A DNA stretch of 63,919 nt, the filler included, from Reclinomonas americana ATCC 50394 (Eukaryota), in assembly GCA_048213135.1 (NCBI GenBank). It is 8 parts of 7 records of this genome, joined end to end, with 100 filler letters (N's around TTAATTAATTAA, not from the genome) between each part and the next. Parts side by side here need not be neighbours in the genome. Positions count along the whole stretch, not along the records: positions 1 to 24,959 come from PS015770.1; 7 more parts are not named here. One strand, written 5' to 3'. Under the pieces are notes generated by a model. It searched no databases. It was given only the letters and a program-made list of their open reading frames with translations, and was not told where the DNA came from. Positions within the stretch are counted from its first letter, which is position 1. Every line of letters starts with the position of its first letter. Position numbers and translations under genes: made by a program. This document shows, in pieces, positions 1 to 11,477 of this stretch.

Positions 1-31
1 GTTCTCCTCCTCGGCATCTCGCGCCGTGCAG

Positions 32-1496
32 TTGGCGTCGCTGGCCTTCAAGTGCGACGACGAAACCGGCGCGATTCTCACCGGCAACAAGGTGCGCAAG
101 CTCGAGTACCTGCTTGCCGACGCCACAGATATGCACTGTCAAGTGATTATGACGTGTGGCGGAGTGGTGCGTCGTTCTTTCGCCTGTTTTTTGCTCGCTC
201 CCCCTCGGTGTGTTCTGATTCACTTGTTTGCGGTGCGACAGCAATCGAATCACTGCCGAGCCACGGCCGCCGCTTGTGCTCGTCTCGGTCTCCAGTGCCA
301 CGTGTTCCTGCGTGGTCGCCCTCCTCGTGCGTCTCTTCGCCAGTGGTGCCATGTACTCTTTTGCTGTCTCGCATACTGACAGGAGCGTGTGGCAGACGAT
401 GGTCTGTTGACCGGCAACCTTTTGCTAATGTCTATTTCCGGCGCCACCATCCACTATGTGGCGGAGGAGGACTATTATCACGGTGGCGTCGGTGATCGGA
501 TGCAGCAGATGGCTTCGGAGCTGGCCGCACATCAGGGCCTCATGAGCTACATTATCCCGTCGGGTGGCTCCAATGCTCTCGGCTGCTTCGGCTACGTCGA
601 CATGGTGGTGAGTCAAAAAAATACCCGTGCACGTGAGACGAATTGCGTCGCTGACTTGTCACGTGTGACCCACCTGGCAGACGGAGGTGGTGGAGAGATG
701 TTCGTCTGGCGGCGAACTTGCTGCCATTCACGGATTTCCGTACACGCACATTGCGGTGGCTGTCGGTTCGGGCGGCACGGTAGCCGGTGCGTCGCATCGG
801 AGGGGTGGGGAAACGCAACTTTTTCGTTTGTTCGTGCAGTTGACCCGCTTTTTTTTTGTTGCCAGGCATTATTCTGGGTCTCGCGCTGCACGGCTTGTTG
901 CCTCAAGTGCATGTTATCGGCTTCTCAGTGTGCGACAGCCGCGAGTACTTTGAGGAGCACGTGTCGACCATTATTGACGATTTCCGACGGCGGTCGGGCG
1001 TGGAGGATTTGCAAGTGCCCCGTGAATCGTGGTCCATTATCGATGGTGCGCTGCCGTAGAGTTTTCATATGAACGTTGTGTGGGATGCGCTGACGCTGGG
1101 TGGGTCGCGTAGTTGCTGGCGACGGGTATGGCATCGAGCTGCCGGGTGAAGCGGAGGCACTCAAGTCACTGGCGCGACGCACTGGCGTCTTCCTCGATCC
1201 AGTGTACGGCGGCAAGGTGTGTGCATGTCTGCATGTGTGTGGGTGGGTGTTGTGTGATCACGTACACTCACTCGCTCCTGCACGCAGGCATTTGTGGGCT
1301 TGCAGCAACTGGTCACCTCGGGCGGTGGCGGAATCCTGAATGATGGCGATTCCGTCTTGTTTGTACACACTGGTTTGTCGATGGCTCTGTTGTGCTTCAT
1401 GCATACTTTGGATGGCTTGCTTAATGGGGGATTGCAGGTGGCGTGTTTGGGCTACTGGCTCGCCCCGACATGTTTTCTGGTGGAGAGCGGCTTTAA
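32..1496 (+). CDS. D-cysteine desulfhydrase / ACC-deaminase family PLP enzyme (5' partial, 7 introns)
   Basis: Spliced translation gives KCDDETGAILTGNKVRKLEYLLADA (PLP-lysine motif GNKxRK), TCGGVQSNHCRATA, GNLLL, IPSGGSNALG, VAVGSGGTVAG, GVFLDPVYGGK and VHTGG. GT-AG introns; stop TAA 1494-1496. Confidence 0.9.
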
Positions 1497-1828
1497 GAAA
1501 ATCGACGGTGCTGTCGTCTATTGCCGTTCTTTCGCTATGTGTTTTCTCCCCTTCTATCCCCCTCACCACCATCTCTCTCTTCATGGTACGTACCCCATTC
1601 CTGTGCCCTTGTGGTTGGCAATTTCGTTCTCCTTCTCTCTCTCTCTCATGTTTGTGCGTAGTATGTGTGTTTGTTTCTCGGTCAATGTGATGTGCCCGTG
1701 TACGATGTGTGTGTTGTGTGTGTGTGTGTCGAGCGTCCAATGAACTGCAGCCGACACGAATCAAGCCGCCAAAGTCCATTCTTCATTTTGGCAATGAGCA
1801 CGCACAAAAAGTGGAAACAATCAATCGA

Positions 1829-3434
1829 CTACTGAGGGTCACCGGCGGCCGCCGCCGCCGCCACACTGTCTGAGACGACGACGTCGGCCGACACCTTGGC
1901 GACCTCGGCTGGCGGCAATTGCGAGCACAGCGAGCATTCGGGGTTGGCTTCCATCTTCCACCGCTCAATCTGCGCGTGACACAACAGAAGTCAGGAACAA
2001 ACACGAGCGCGAGCGCGCGCACTCATCTACATACCTGCCAGCTCATCATGTAGACGATCACGCGGTTCGGCTGGTCCATCTCCATGCGCGCCGGGTAGTC
2101 CAGCAAGTGCTGCACGGCCAGGCCCACCATAGTGTGGCACTGTCGAACACGAGAGAGCATAAGTATTCTTGACCTCTTCCTTTTCTCGTCAGAAGCAACA
2201 GACCCCAACAGAGCACGAATAAATGGTGCTTCCGCCGCCCTGGTACAGATTGTCTGTGTGTGTGTGTGTGTGCGTGTGGTAAGGTGAGAGACTGGAGGTA
2301 CACACGGCGAGCACTGTCGACAGGCGGCAGACCTCGCGGAATAAAGTCGATTGTCTCCAGCTTGTCAATCACATCCAGTGACAGTCGCGCCTTGACCTCC
2401 TCGTTGGTCAAGTCAATCATGCACGCCCAGCAGGGGCGGCCAGTGGCGGTGGCGACTGACCGGTGGCACTCGAGTGAGGCGAACAGATTGAACGCATAAA
2501 AGAAACACGAAAACGCAACAGTCAACAGTGAGCGTGTGACCGTAGACGGGATCGGTGCCGCCGACCACAAGCGGAATGCGCAGCTTCAGTGCGAGCGACG
2601 CCACCGCATAGTCAAAGTAGTCACCTGTGGCGCGCGCACACACAGACACAGACAGGGACGACGTCGGTCAGATCGTGGAGATCATCATGGACTGCGGTGG
2701 ACTCGACGACGAACCAACATCGATGCCATTGAAGAGAATGGTGCACTCGCGTGCGGCCTGCACCACGAGGTGCCAGTTGATGACGGCTGCCGGTTTCAGC
2801 GCACAGTGAGCAGGAGGAGGGCATAAGAAAGAAGAGGAAAAAAAAGGCACCATCAGTGTGAATCGGAACAATTTCTGTGCCCAGATTGTGGCGTTCCAGC
2901 GAGTCCTTGGCGGCGTCCACCTTGCGCCGACCCACGTCGGCCTTGGAGTACAACATCTGACGATTGAGGTTGTGATAGTCGACCACATCGCGATCCTGTG
3001 ACAATGATTGGTTTCCCTTGGTGAGCACAGAGAGAAAGAAAGACATGAACATGTGCTGTGCTTGTGCGACTCATGCACACACCAAGATGAAGATCTTCTT
3101 GAAGCCGAGTCGCACACAGTCCATGGCACATGTGCAGCCCACACCGCCTGTGTGATGCGATGAATGAGCGCATTTCAGGCTTTCTTGATTTGTCTCACAA
3201 CTCCGCCGTGTTACACGCACCCACACCCAGAATGAAGGCCACTTGCTCACGCACAATCTCCTGGTCCCATCCACGGCATCGGCGTTGACTGTGCACACAC
3301 GGAAAGAGAGAGAAAGAGAGGTTCACTAATTGGATGCGCTCTTTTTCTCACACACATTACACACACCGCTCAAAGTAGTCAACAGCGGGGTGCTCCGCTG
3401 CTGCAGCTGCGTGTGCGTGCTCCTCTCCGCTCAT
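1829..3434 (-). CDS. ThiF/MoeB/E1-like adenylyltransferase, multi-exon
   Basis: Spliced: MSGEEH...DYFERQRRCRGWDQEIVREQVAFILGVGGVG (Rossmann GxGGxG), DRDVVDYHNLNRQMLY...DVGRRKVDAA, GRPCWAC and C-terminal NPECSLC (two CxxC Zn motifs). Stop TAG 1829-1831. Confidence 0.85.
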
Positions 3435-3712
3435 TTGCAAACCCACGGCGAAACTCCACGGTCCACCTCAATCGATTGGGGCGAGAAGATGACCGTTGCA
3501 TCCTTTTTCAAGTTTTCGGTGAGCAAAAGCCACTTGTACTGCCCTCCCTCTCCCACTGCGGCACGCTCTCCATCTATACACGCTCTGTCCTCCTCCTCCC
3601 CCTCACTTGCTCACTCGTTCACTCACGCACTGCTGACACAAGTTTGTTGCGTGTCACACAGACTGCGCGCGCGTCTCCCTCAAGAAAACCCCCCAACAAG
3701 ACCAACTCAGAA

Positions 3713-4128
3713 ATGCGCGCTGCTGCACTGTGGATTGCGGTGGCGGTGATGCTCGTGGCGGTGGCCGCGGCACAGGAAAACCCGGGTTTCCGCAGAGAAC
3801 GGTGCCCGACGCTCACTGATCGTCAGACACGCGCGGCAATGCAGTTTGACATCTCCAAGTTCACTGGCCAGTGGTTCCAGGTGCTCGACTACGACCTGTC
3901 GCAGTCGGCCTTCAAGTGCCAGGTGAGCAACAGAGAGAGAGAGACAAGTGGCACTCGTTGTCGCACAAAATAATTCCCAACGGCTCATCACTTTTTTGTT
4001 GTCTTTCTCTCATTGTGCAGAGCGTGAACAACCAGCTGACGTTCGCCGACGACGGCTCTACCATCCCGCAGTCTGTGACGCAGACGCTGACCTACAAGGA
4101 CACGTCGGATGGCAACTCAGTGCAGACT
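3713..4128 (+). CDS. Secreted lipocalin-like protein (3' end lost in gap)
   Basis: Hydrophobic signal peptide MRAAALWIAVAVMLVAVAAA, then CP...FDISKFTGQWFQV (lipocalin SCR1 GxW motif) and a downstream Cys. One GT-AG intron. Confidence 0.65.
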
Positions 4129-4427
4129 NNNNNNNNNNNNNNNNNNNNNNNNNNNNNNNNNNNNNNNNNNNNNNNNNNNNNNNNNNNNNNNNNNNNNNNN
4201 NNNNNNNNNNNNNNNNNNNNNNNNNNNNNCTACTCTCTGTGCCTCTGTGTGTGTGTCTAGGCGCTCGAGTGTATGTGTGCGCGCGTCCGTCCTTCTGTGC
4301 ACCAGTGTGTGTGTGTGAGAGAGAGCGTGTGGGTGTTTGGATAACGGCATGCTCCGGACATGATTCTCCTCGGGCACATCGCTGACTCTGTGTGTGTGTG
4401 CGTGCGTGTGTGTGTCACATGACACAG

Positions 4428-7400
4428 ATCGTCCACCTCGCTTCTGGTGGCGGTCCGTGTACGGCCATTCAATGAGCGGTGTGTGTGTGGGTGGATGGTG
4501 CCCGAGAAAAATCTGTCTTCAGTCACTCACTCACGTGGTGTGTCGCTCACAGAGAGAAAGCCGCCAGCAACATCTGTGTGGTGTCGGTGGAGGGACCCAC
4601 TACTACCATGATTCATCCCACACATGCTGGTGTGTGCGTCGACAGAAGGGATGATCACGCTCTGTATCTCCTCCCTCTCACGCATGTGTGTGTGGATCGC
4701 AGATGAGAAGCGCAGCTTCACGTTTGATCATTCGTACTGGAGTCTGGAGGCCGATGATCCACGGTTCGCCAGCAACGACACAATCTACAACGATATCGGA
4801 CGAATGCTGATCGACAACGCGTTTGAGGGCTACAACGTGTCGTTGTTTGCTTACGGGCAGGTTGGTTCTTTTTGCTGTGCCCCCTTCGCCCCCTTCCGCC
4901 CCTGCCACCACACTCATGGTTGTGCAGACGGGCTCCGGCAAATCGTTCACCATGATGGGCAACAACAACGACAAGGGCATCATTCCGCGTGTGTGCGAAG
5001 ACATCTTTTCCCGCATGGATGCCATGAGGATCGCGGCTGGCCTTCCGGTGAAGAGGCGCGACAAGCAAGCTGCGGTGTCGGGTTCCACCAGACCAGTCAC
5101 AGCGGCAGCCGGTGCCGGAACANNNNNNNNNNNNNNNNNNNNNNNNNNNNNNNNNNNNNNNNNNNNNNNNNNNNNNNNNNNNNNNNNNNNNNNNNNNNNN
5201 NNNNNNNNNNNNNNNNNNNNNNNNNNNNNNNNNNNNNNNNNNNNNNNNNNNNNNNNNNNNNNNNNNNNNNNNNNNNNNNNNNNNNNNNNNNNNNNNNNNN
5301 NNNNNNNNNNNNNNNNNNNNNNNNNNNNNNNNNNNNNNNNNNNNNNNNNNNNNNNNNNNNNNNNNNNNNNNNNNNNNNNNNNNNNNNNNNNNNNNNNNNN
5401 NNNNNNNNNNNNNNNNNNNNNNNNNNNNNNNNNNNNNNNNNNNNNNNNNNNNNNNNNNNNNNNNNNNNNNNNNNNNNNNNNNNNNNNNNNNNNNNNNNNN
5501 NNNNNNNNNNNNNNNNNNNNNNNNNNNNNNNNNNNNNNNNNNNNNNCTTGAAGGAGGGCTCGCAGGCAAGGTCTGTGACACAGTGACGACAGGAGAAGCA
5601 GTAGACATCTACTAGGGCCTCACTGTGCACCCCGGCAGAACGGTGGCGGCCACCAACATGAATGCCACGTCGAGTCGCGCGCACACCATTTTCACGATGA
5701 CATTCAGTCAGTCAGTTGTTGCGTGCAAGACGCGGTCGCAGTCTCGCCCACTTCTTCTTCTTCATCTTCTTCATCATCATCATCCTAAACCCTTCCATTT
5801 CCCGACATGCAGTGGGACCCCGTGGTTCAGCGTTCGACCTCCAAGGCTTCCAAGATCCACCTTGTCGACTTGGCCGGCTCGGAGCGCGCGCGTTCGGCAC
5901 AGAGTGTCGGCGATCGTCTGAAGGAGGGTTGCTCCATCAACCGATCCTTGTCGTGTCTCGGCAAGTGCATTCATGCTCTCGCCGACGCCTCGGAGAGCGG
6001 CGGAAGTGGAGCAGCTGCAGCAACGGGCAAGGCCGCGAAACCGTTTGTGCCGTACCGCGAGTCGGCTCTCACGTGGTGCGTGCCGTGTGTGTACAGTACA
6101 CTCTTCGTTGGGCGCCTGCCAGCATCTGACCCTTCACCCCACGCAGGTTGTTGAAAGAGTCGCTCGGCGGCAACTCGAAGACCGTAATGATTGCCACCAT
6201 CTCGCCCGCCGACGTGCACTACGAGGAAACTCTGTCGACCCTCAAGTACGCCGACCGCGCCAAGCAGATTCGCACCAAGGCCGTGGTCAACGAGGATCCC
6301 AACGCCAAACTCGTGCGCGAGCTGCGCATGGAGATTGAGAAGTTGCGGTCGCAGCTGACCGACACGCCCAACAATCCACAAGACGAGGTTGCCTCGCTGC
6401 GCGAACAGTTGCAGCAGAGTGAGAAACTCATTGCGGAGCTGCGCATGACGGCCAAGGAGCGCAAGGCCGTGACAGAGGCCATTAACAGAGAGCGTGCCGA
6501 GATTCTCAAGGTGTAGTGCGCTCACCGCTGCCTCCTTGGTTGTATTTTCCGCCGCTTCTCTGACACTGCAGAGGAGTAGGGCGCGGGTTTGATGCTCTCG
6601 GAACTCGGTTTCGATCAGCGATCGACTCCACACTTTGTCAACCTCAACGAGGACCCGCTGATGTCCGAGTGTCTCGTGTACTTTATCAAGGAGGGCATCA
6701 CGCACATTGGGCGCACCAACGTCAAGAACCCGCCTGACATTGAGCTCAGCGGCTCGTCGGTGGCCAAGGACCACTGTGTGGTGGAACGCCAAGGCAACGA
6801 TGTGTATCTGCGGCAAACATGCCAGGATCCGCGGTACCGTACTTTTGTGAATGGACAACTGGTGCAGGATGTGGTGCAACTGCGGCAGGGCTTCCGAGTC
6901 ATCATTGGTGGCAATCACATTTTCCGATTCAACCACCCGGCAGAGGTGGCCGCCATGTCTGGTCGACGCAAGCGCCGAGCTTCCTCTGCCGCCTCTGCCG
7001 CCTCACACATGAGTGAGGAGGGTGCGCCGGTGGACTCGGACGAGATTATCGACTGGGAGTTTGCGCAAAAGGCGAGGACAAGCGCAACACTTCTGACATC
7101 CGTGAGTTGTCGCTAACCGTGCTTTTGTCGACATTAGGAATGGATGCGTGCACAGGGCTTCATTCAATCCGACGAGCTCGTACGGCAGATCGAGGAGGAG
7201 CGGCAAAAGGCACGGGAGGCGCTGGAGGAAGAGCATCGGCAACGTGAGCGAGAACTGCAACAGATGATGAAGAAGCAGGAGGAGCTGCTGCGTCTGAAGG
7301 AGGAAGAGGTGCGTGCGAATTGCTGCTGCGCACGCTGCCCTGCGCTGTTGTTGTTCTCACTCTTTTTCTATGTTTCTATCTTGCAGTTTGAGAAGCGACT

Positions 7401-9706
7401 GCAGTCGCTGCATCAGCGCGGAGCGGTGGCCGAGGAAGAAGAAGTCCGGAAAGAGAGGGTACGCATACATGGTGCCAGTGTGACACTCTGCCACGTGCTG
7501 ACGGACTGTGCATGACAGGCACGTGTGCACGAGCGCTTTCACAGCGAACGCACGGCACTCGAGCAGAAAAAGGATCGCCTGGCCGAGGAGAACGAGTGGC
7601 ATCGACGCATGGAGGAGTATTCGGCGGCCGAAAGCAAGGCCAAGGTGGTCATCGAGGAGGCGCTGATGAAGGTGCGCCCGGGTGCTGTTGTTGCTGCTCT
7701 CCTCTTCCAGTCCCCCGCTCACTCGCACCACTACAGCTCATGCCGTTGATCACGCAAGCCAACTCGTGGGCCGAGGCACTGCAGCGCCCGATGCGCTTCG
7801 AGGCCAAGATCGTCACGGCGTACGCCGAGATGAAGAGCATCATCAACCGTGATGCCTCCTCGACCGTCTCGCGCAACTCCAAGCCAGACATTTCGTTCTT
7901 CAAGAACTTGGCCAACGTTGTCGTCCGGGTCAACAATTTGTGGAACGACACGAGCTGCATGTGGGAGGAGGGCAAGTTTGTCAATCGCTACTACATTATG
8001 CAAGAGGTGTACGAGCGGGCGCTGGACGCTGTCGACTGTCGCGAGCCGTACGTCCTCAGTCTGGAGGCCGACCCTTTTTACGATCCACCCGAGACGCAGA
8101 TTATTGGCGTCGCGCTGCTGTACCTGCAGCCACTCGCCTACCGGCTCGACTCGATGTGCTCGACCCCGATTTTGGACTACAAGGGCGCCGAGAAGGGCTA
8201 CATCAACGCAGAGATGTTGCGTGCTCACGTGGACACGTAGGGTGTGCAGATGATTGTGGTCTTGCTCACTTTTGCGTCGCAGCATTCCGGTGACGGCCGA
8301 CGGCGAGGAGGATGTGGATCCGGTGGCGTCACCCAACGAACTGATCGGTCAGCGTCTCGACTTTGAACTGCGTGTGCACGAGCTTGAGGGTCTGGAGGAC
8401 AGCATGGCCAACGACGTGTACGTGCACTACAAGCTGCTGGAGCAGTCGCTGGCGTCGGACTCACATCTCGGCCACGCCACCACTTTCACGCTGGGCTTCA
8501 ACAAGCACTTCACCTTTAATCCAGTGACGAAGCAGCTGCTGACCTTTCTCCAGCGCGAGGCGGTGGCACTGGAGGTGTACGGACACGCCGACGAAACCAA
8601 CAAGCCTCACGCACTGGCGCTGAATCAGCATCGGCGTAACGGGGGTGGTGCCGGCTACCGCCACGCGCATCTAGGATTGGACGAGAAGCGCGCAGCGGTG
8701 GCCGCCGAGGAGGCCGAGTTGAGCCGCAAGATTCAGCAGTACGAGAGGAATTTGCACCAGCGCGGCGAGTCGAGTGTGGCCGCCGACGACGACGACGAGG
8801 AAGGTGGGGAGGACGACGAAGGCTACGGCACCGGCTACGGTCAATGGGGCTACGGTCTCGGTGGTGACGACGAAGAGGACGAGGAAGGTGTGGGTGCAGA
8901 GTACGACGACGACGACGACGAAGGGGACGCCGCATATGGTGAAGACGACATTATCGCTGGTGAGGTTTACGAGGGCGAAGGCGACGGTGAGTTTGACCGT
9001 GTCGGTGGCGACGAGGACGACGATGACGACGGCGGGGAGGAGACAGGCGGGCGGAGAAGGCATCGACGCCGCTCACGGTCGCCCGAGGTGTTGGAGCGTG
9101 AGCGTGAGCTGCGCGAGTTGCGCGAGAAGAACGACGTGATTGAGCGAGAGCGTGCACGGTACGAGTCGGAGCACGAGCGACTCGAACGGGAGCGCAAGGC
9201 CGCTGAAGACGAGAGGCAACGCCTGTTGGCTGAGCAGCAGCACTTGGAGCAAGTTAGGGAGCGTCGGCGGCAGCTGGAGGAGGAGGAGCTGCGACGTGTG
9301 GCGGAGATGGAGGCGAGGTTGCGAGTGGCGGAGCAAGCACTCTCCAAGTTGGGTGTGGTCATTCCGCCGTCGTCGCCACCGCCACCGCAGGCGGCCGATG
9401 GCAAGCACACGCCGGGCGTCAGTGGCGTCACAACGGACACACCAGCTGAGGCAGGCACGCCGTCGGCCAAGTCGCCGGCCGCTCTGGAGACGGAGAAGGC
9501 GCTGGAGGCGGAGCGGTTGCGCAACCAGCAACTGATGGAGGAAATGGAGCGCATGAAGCGCAGCCTGGAGGAGCGTCAGGTGAGCATCCCCTCGTTGTGA
9601 GAGAGTGAGAGAGTGAGAGAGAGACAGGTCGCTGACTGGTGATTGGTGAATGCAGACGGCGGGCGCCAGCGGGAGCGGCAACTCGAAATCCTGTGTAGTC
9701 TTGTAG
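4428..9706 (+). CDS. Kinesin-3 family motor (motor + FHA + coiled coils + C2-like region; KIF28/KIF13-like) with C-terminal CaaX; start exon not resolved, internal gap
   Basis: [31 protein letters not shown] (P-loop), [49 protein letters not shown] + FHA ([11 protein letters not shown]), DWEFAQKE, DPFYDPP. Last exon 9656-9706 reads [16 protein letters not shown]. Confidence 0.93.
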
Positions 9707-9882
9707 AATCGCTTCCACGCCAACACACAATTCCTGTTAGAAGCCTGTTGTAATGTACCACTGTTGCTGTTTGTTTGTTTGTTTGGTTTTGTAGCTAAAA
9801 AGAGGCACGTCTGCAGCTATACACTGTTGTTTTTCACGGTCTCTTCCCTACTACTTCTGCCGACTGACGACTACGACTCTAC

Positions 9883-11142
9883 CTACATTATGGAGCAGTT
9901 GCGCTGCGCATCGCCCTCGGCAGCAGCAGAGCCACCGGTGCCACCGCCCTGGCCAGCATTCGCAAACGCGGCCAGCAATTCCGGTGGAAGCGCCTCGTCG
10001 CCACTGCCACTGAGGCCACTGCAAGAGCGTGAGTCAACGAAAGAAAAGGAGGATGCTCGTTGCACGCACCCAGTGACAGACTCCATCAGCTCCTCTGGCG
10101 GTTGCCCGCACGCCTGCAACTCCTGCACCAGCTGCAGCAGCGTCTCCTGATCGTCGGGCGTGACCTCAAACGTGTGCACGATTCTTCTCAACAGATGCAA
10201 CTGCTTCTCGTACATGGCCGTCTGCTCCGCCGGCAGCGTCGCTCGATTCCGAGCGATATACTCGGGCAGCTGCTCCGAGAGCGCCTTGAACGGCGGATAC
10301 AGAACGTCCTTGGACAGCAGATGCTTCACGAGATTATCCATCACACCGCGCAACGACGGATCAGCGTCCATGCGCTCCATTTGCTCCATGACACGCGCAA
10401 ACAGTTCCTCCTCCGACGCATCTGCCGGCATGCCCTGCTGCACACCCTGCACACCACCACTCCACCAGTCAGCCATCGATCCACGCACCAACATCTCACA
10501 CACATGGGAAGAACCTCAAACTGCTTGGCTGTCTCGGCAAGCATGCTCATGGTGCGCGTCAGAGTCTCCTGCAGCTTCTTGTCGGCATCGGGATCGCCTG
10601 TGCGCCATCGTATGAGCACTCTTGTTGAACTCGGCGCTCTCACACACATACTGACCAGAGCCATCGGGTGTAAACGACTCGGCCAGCAGCTTCTCCAGCT
10701 CTGCGGCCAACTCGGGCGACAGACCGTCCGGAGCAGCGCCCTAATGACACAATCATCATCATCATCATCTCATCATCCAATGACACGCGCACAGACACAC
10801 ACGCGCACACACGCACTGTTGCACTGATGCGTGGAGGAGGCGAGGACGAGGAGCCACTCGGAGCAGGACGAGGCGGAGGTGACGACTGTGTCACCCCTCC
10901 TGCTGCTGCTGCTGATGCTGATGCTGTGTGTGGATCGTATGGATCCGACTCTTCAAACTCATCCAGAGCGCCTGTGGTGTGGATGTGAGAGAGAGTGTGT
11001 GTGTGAGAGAAGAGAGACGCATGGCCGGACATCGACACACGTGGAAAGGAGCGTGTGTATGTGTGCAAGTGTGCGAGTGTGTGTGTATGGAGTAGTAGAC
11101 GTAACTCTCAAGCAGCGCGTCGAGGTCCTTTTGACTGCTCAT
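9883..11142 (-). CDS. PEX19: Peroxisomal import receptor PEX19
   Basis: N-terminal DLDALLESALDEF (PEX3-binding motif), LLSKDVLYPPFKAL, ELQACGQPPEEL and C-terminal CaaX NCSIM*. Five GT-AG introns. Confidence 0.92.
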
Positions 11143-11477
11143 CGTCGGCTGTCTGTGTGTGTTGTGACAAGTTTGTGTCCTGCGCTGACGATTTTGTTCA
11201 CACTCCGACGACGACGACGACAAGGTGAGTTGCACTCTCTCTCTCTGTTTGTTTGTCTCTCTCCCTCCTGTGGCCCTCTCTCTCTCTCTCCCCTCGCGCA
11301 CTCCGACTTTGGGGGACAACTCCATGTGCGGTTTGAGAGTTGTCGTCAGTTGGTGTTGGCCATCGCCTCGTGCTCTCACTCTCACTCCTCTGTCTCCTCA
11401 CGACTTGCTGCTGAAACGCTGTGTGCGTGCGTGTGTCTGTGTGTGTGTGTGGAGCAGTGTCATCATCGCAGTGAGTC

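Noticed and set aside
314..395. Seemingly non-canonical (GG-AG or GT-AC) intron in the desulfhydrase
   Set aside because: Resolved by a canonical GTGCGT donor at 327 and the more distal AG at 394-395.
3713..4500. Lipocalin-kinesin fusion
   Set aside because: They are separated by a ~100-N placeholder gap, and a signal peptide is incompatible with a cytosolic motor.
6577..6579. In-frame TAG suggesting stop-codon reassignment
   Set aside because: It is the intron acceptor. TAA, TAG and TGA all terminate conserved genes here (Ras, PEX19, carnitine acyltransferase), so the standard code fits.
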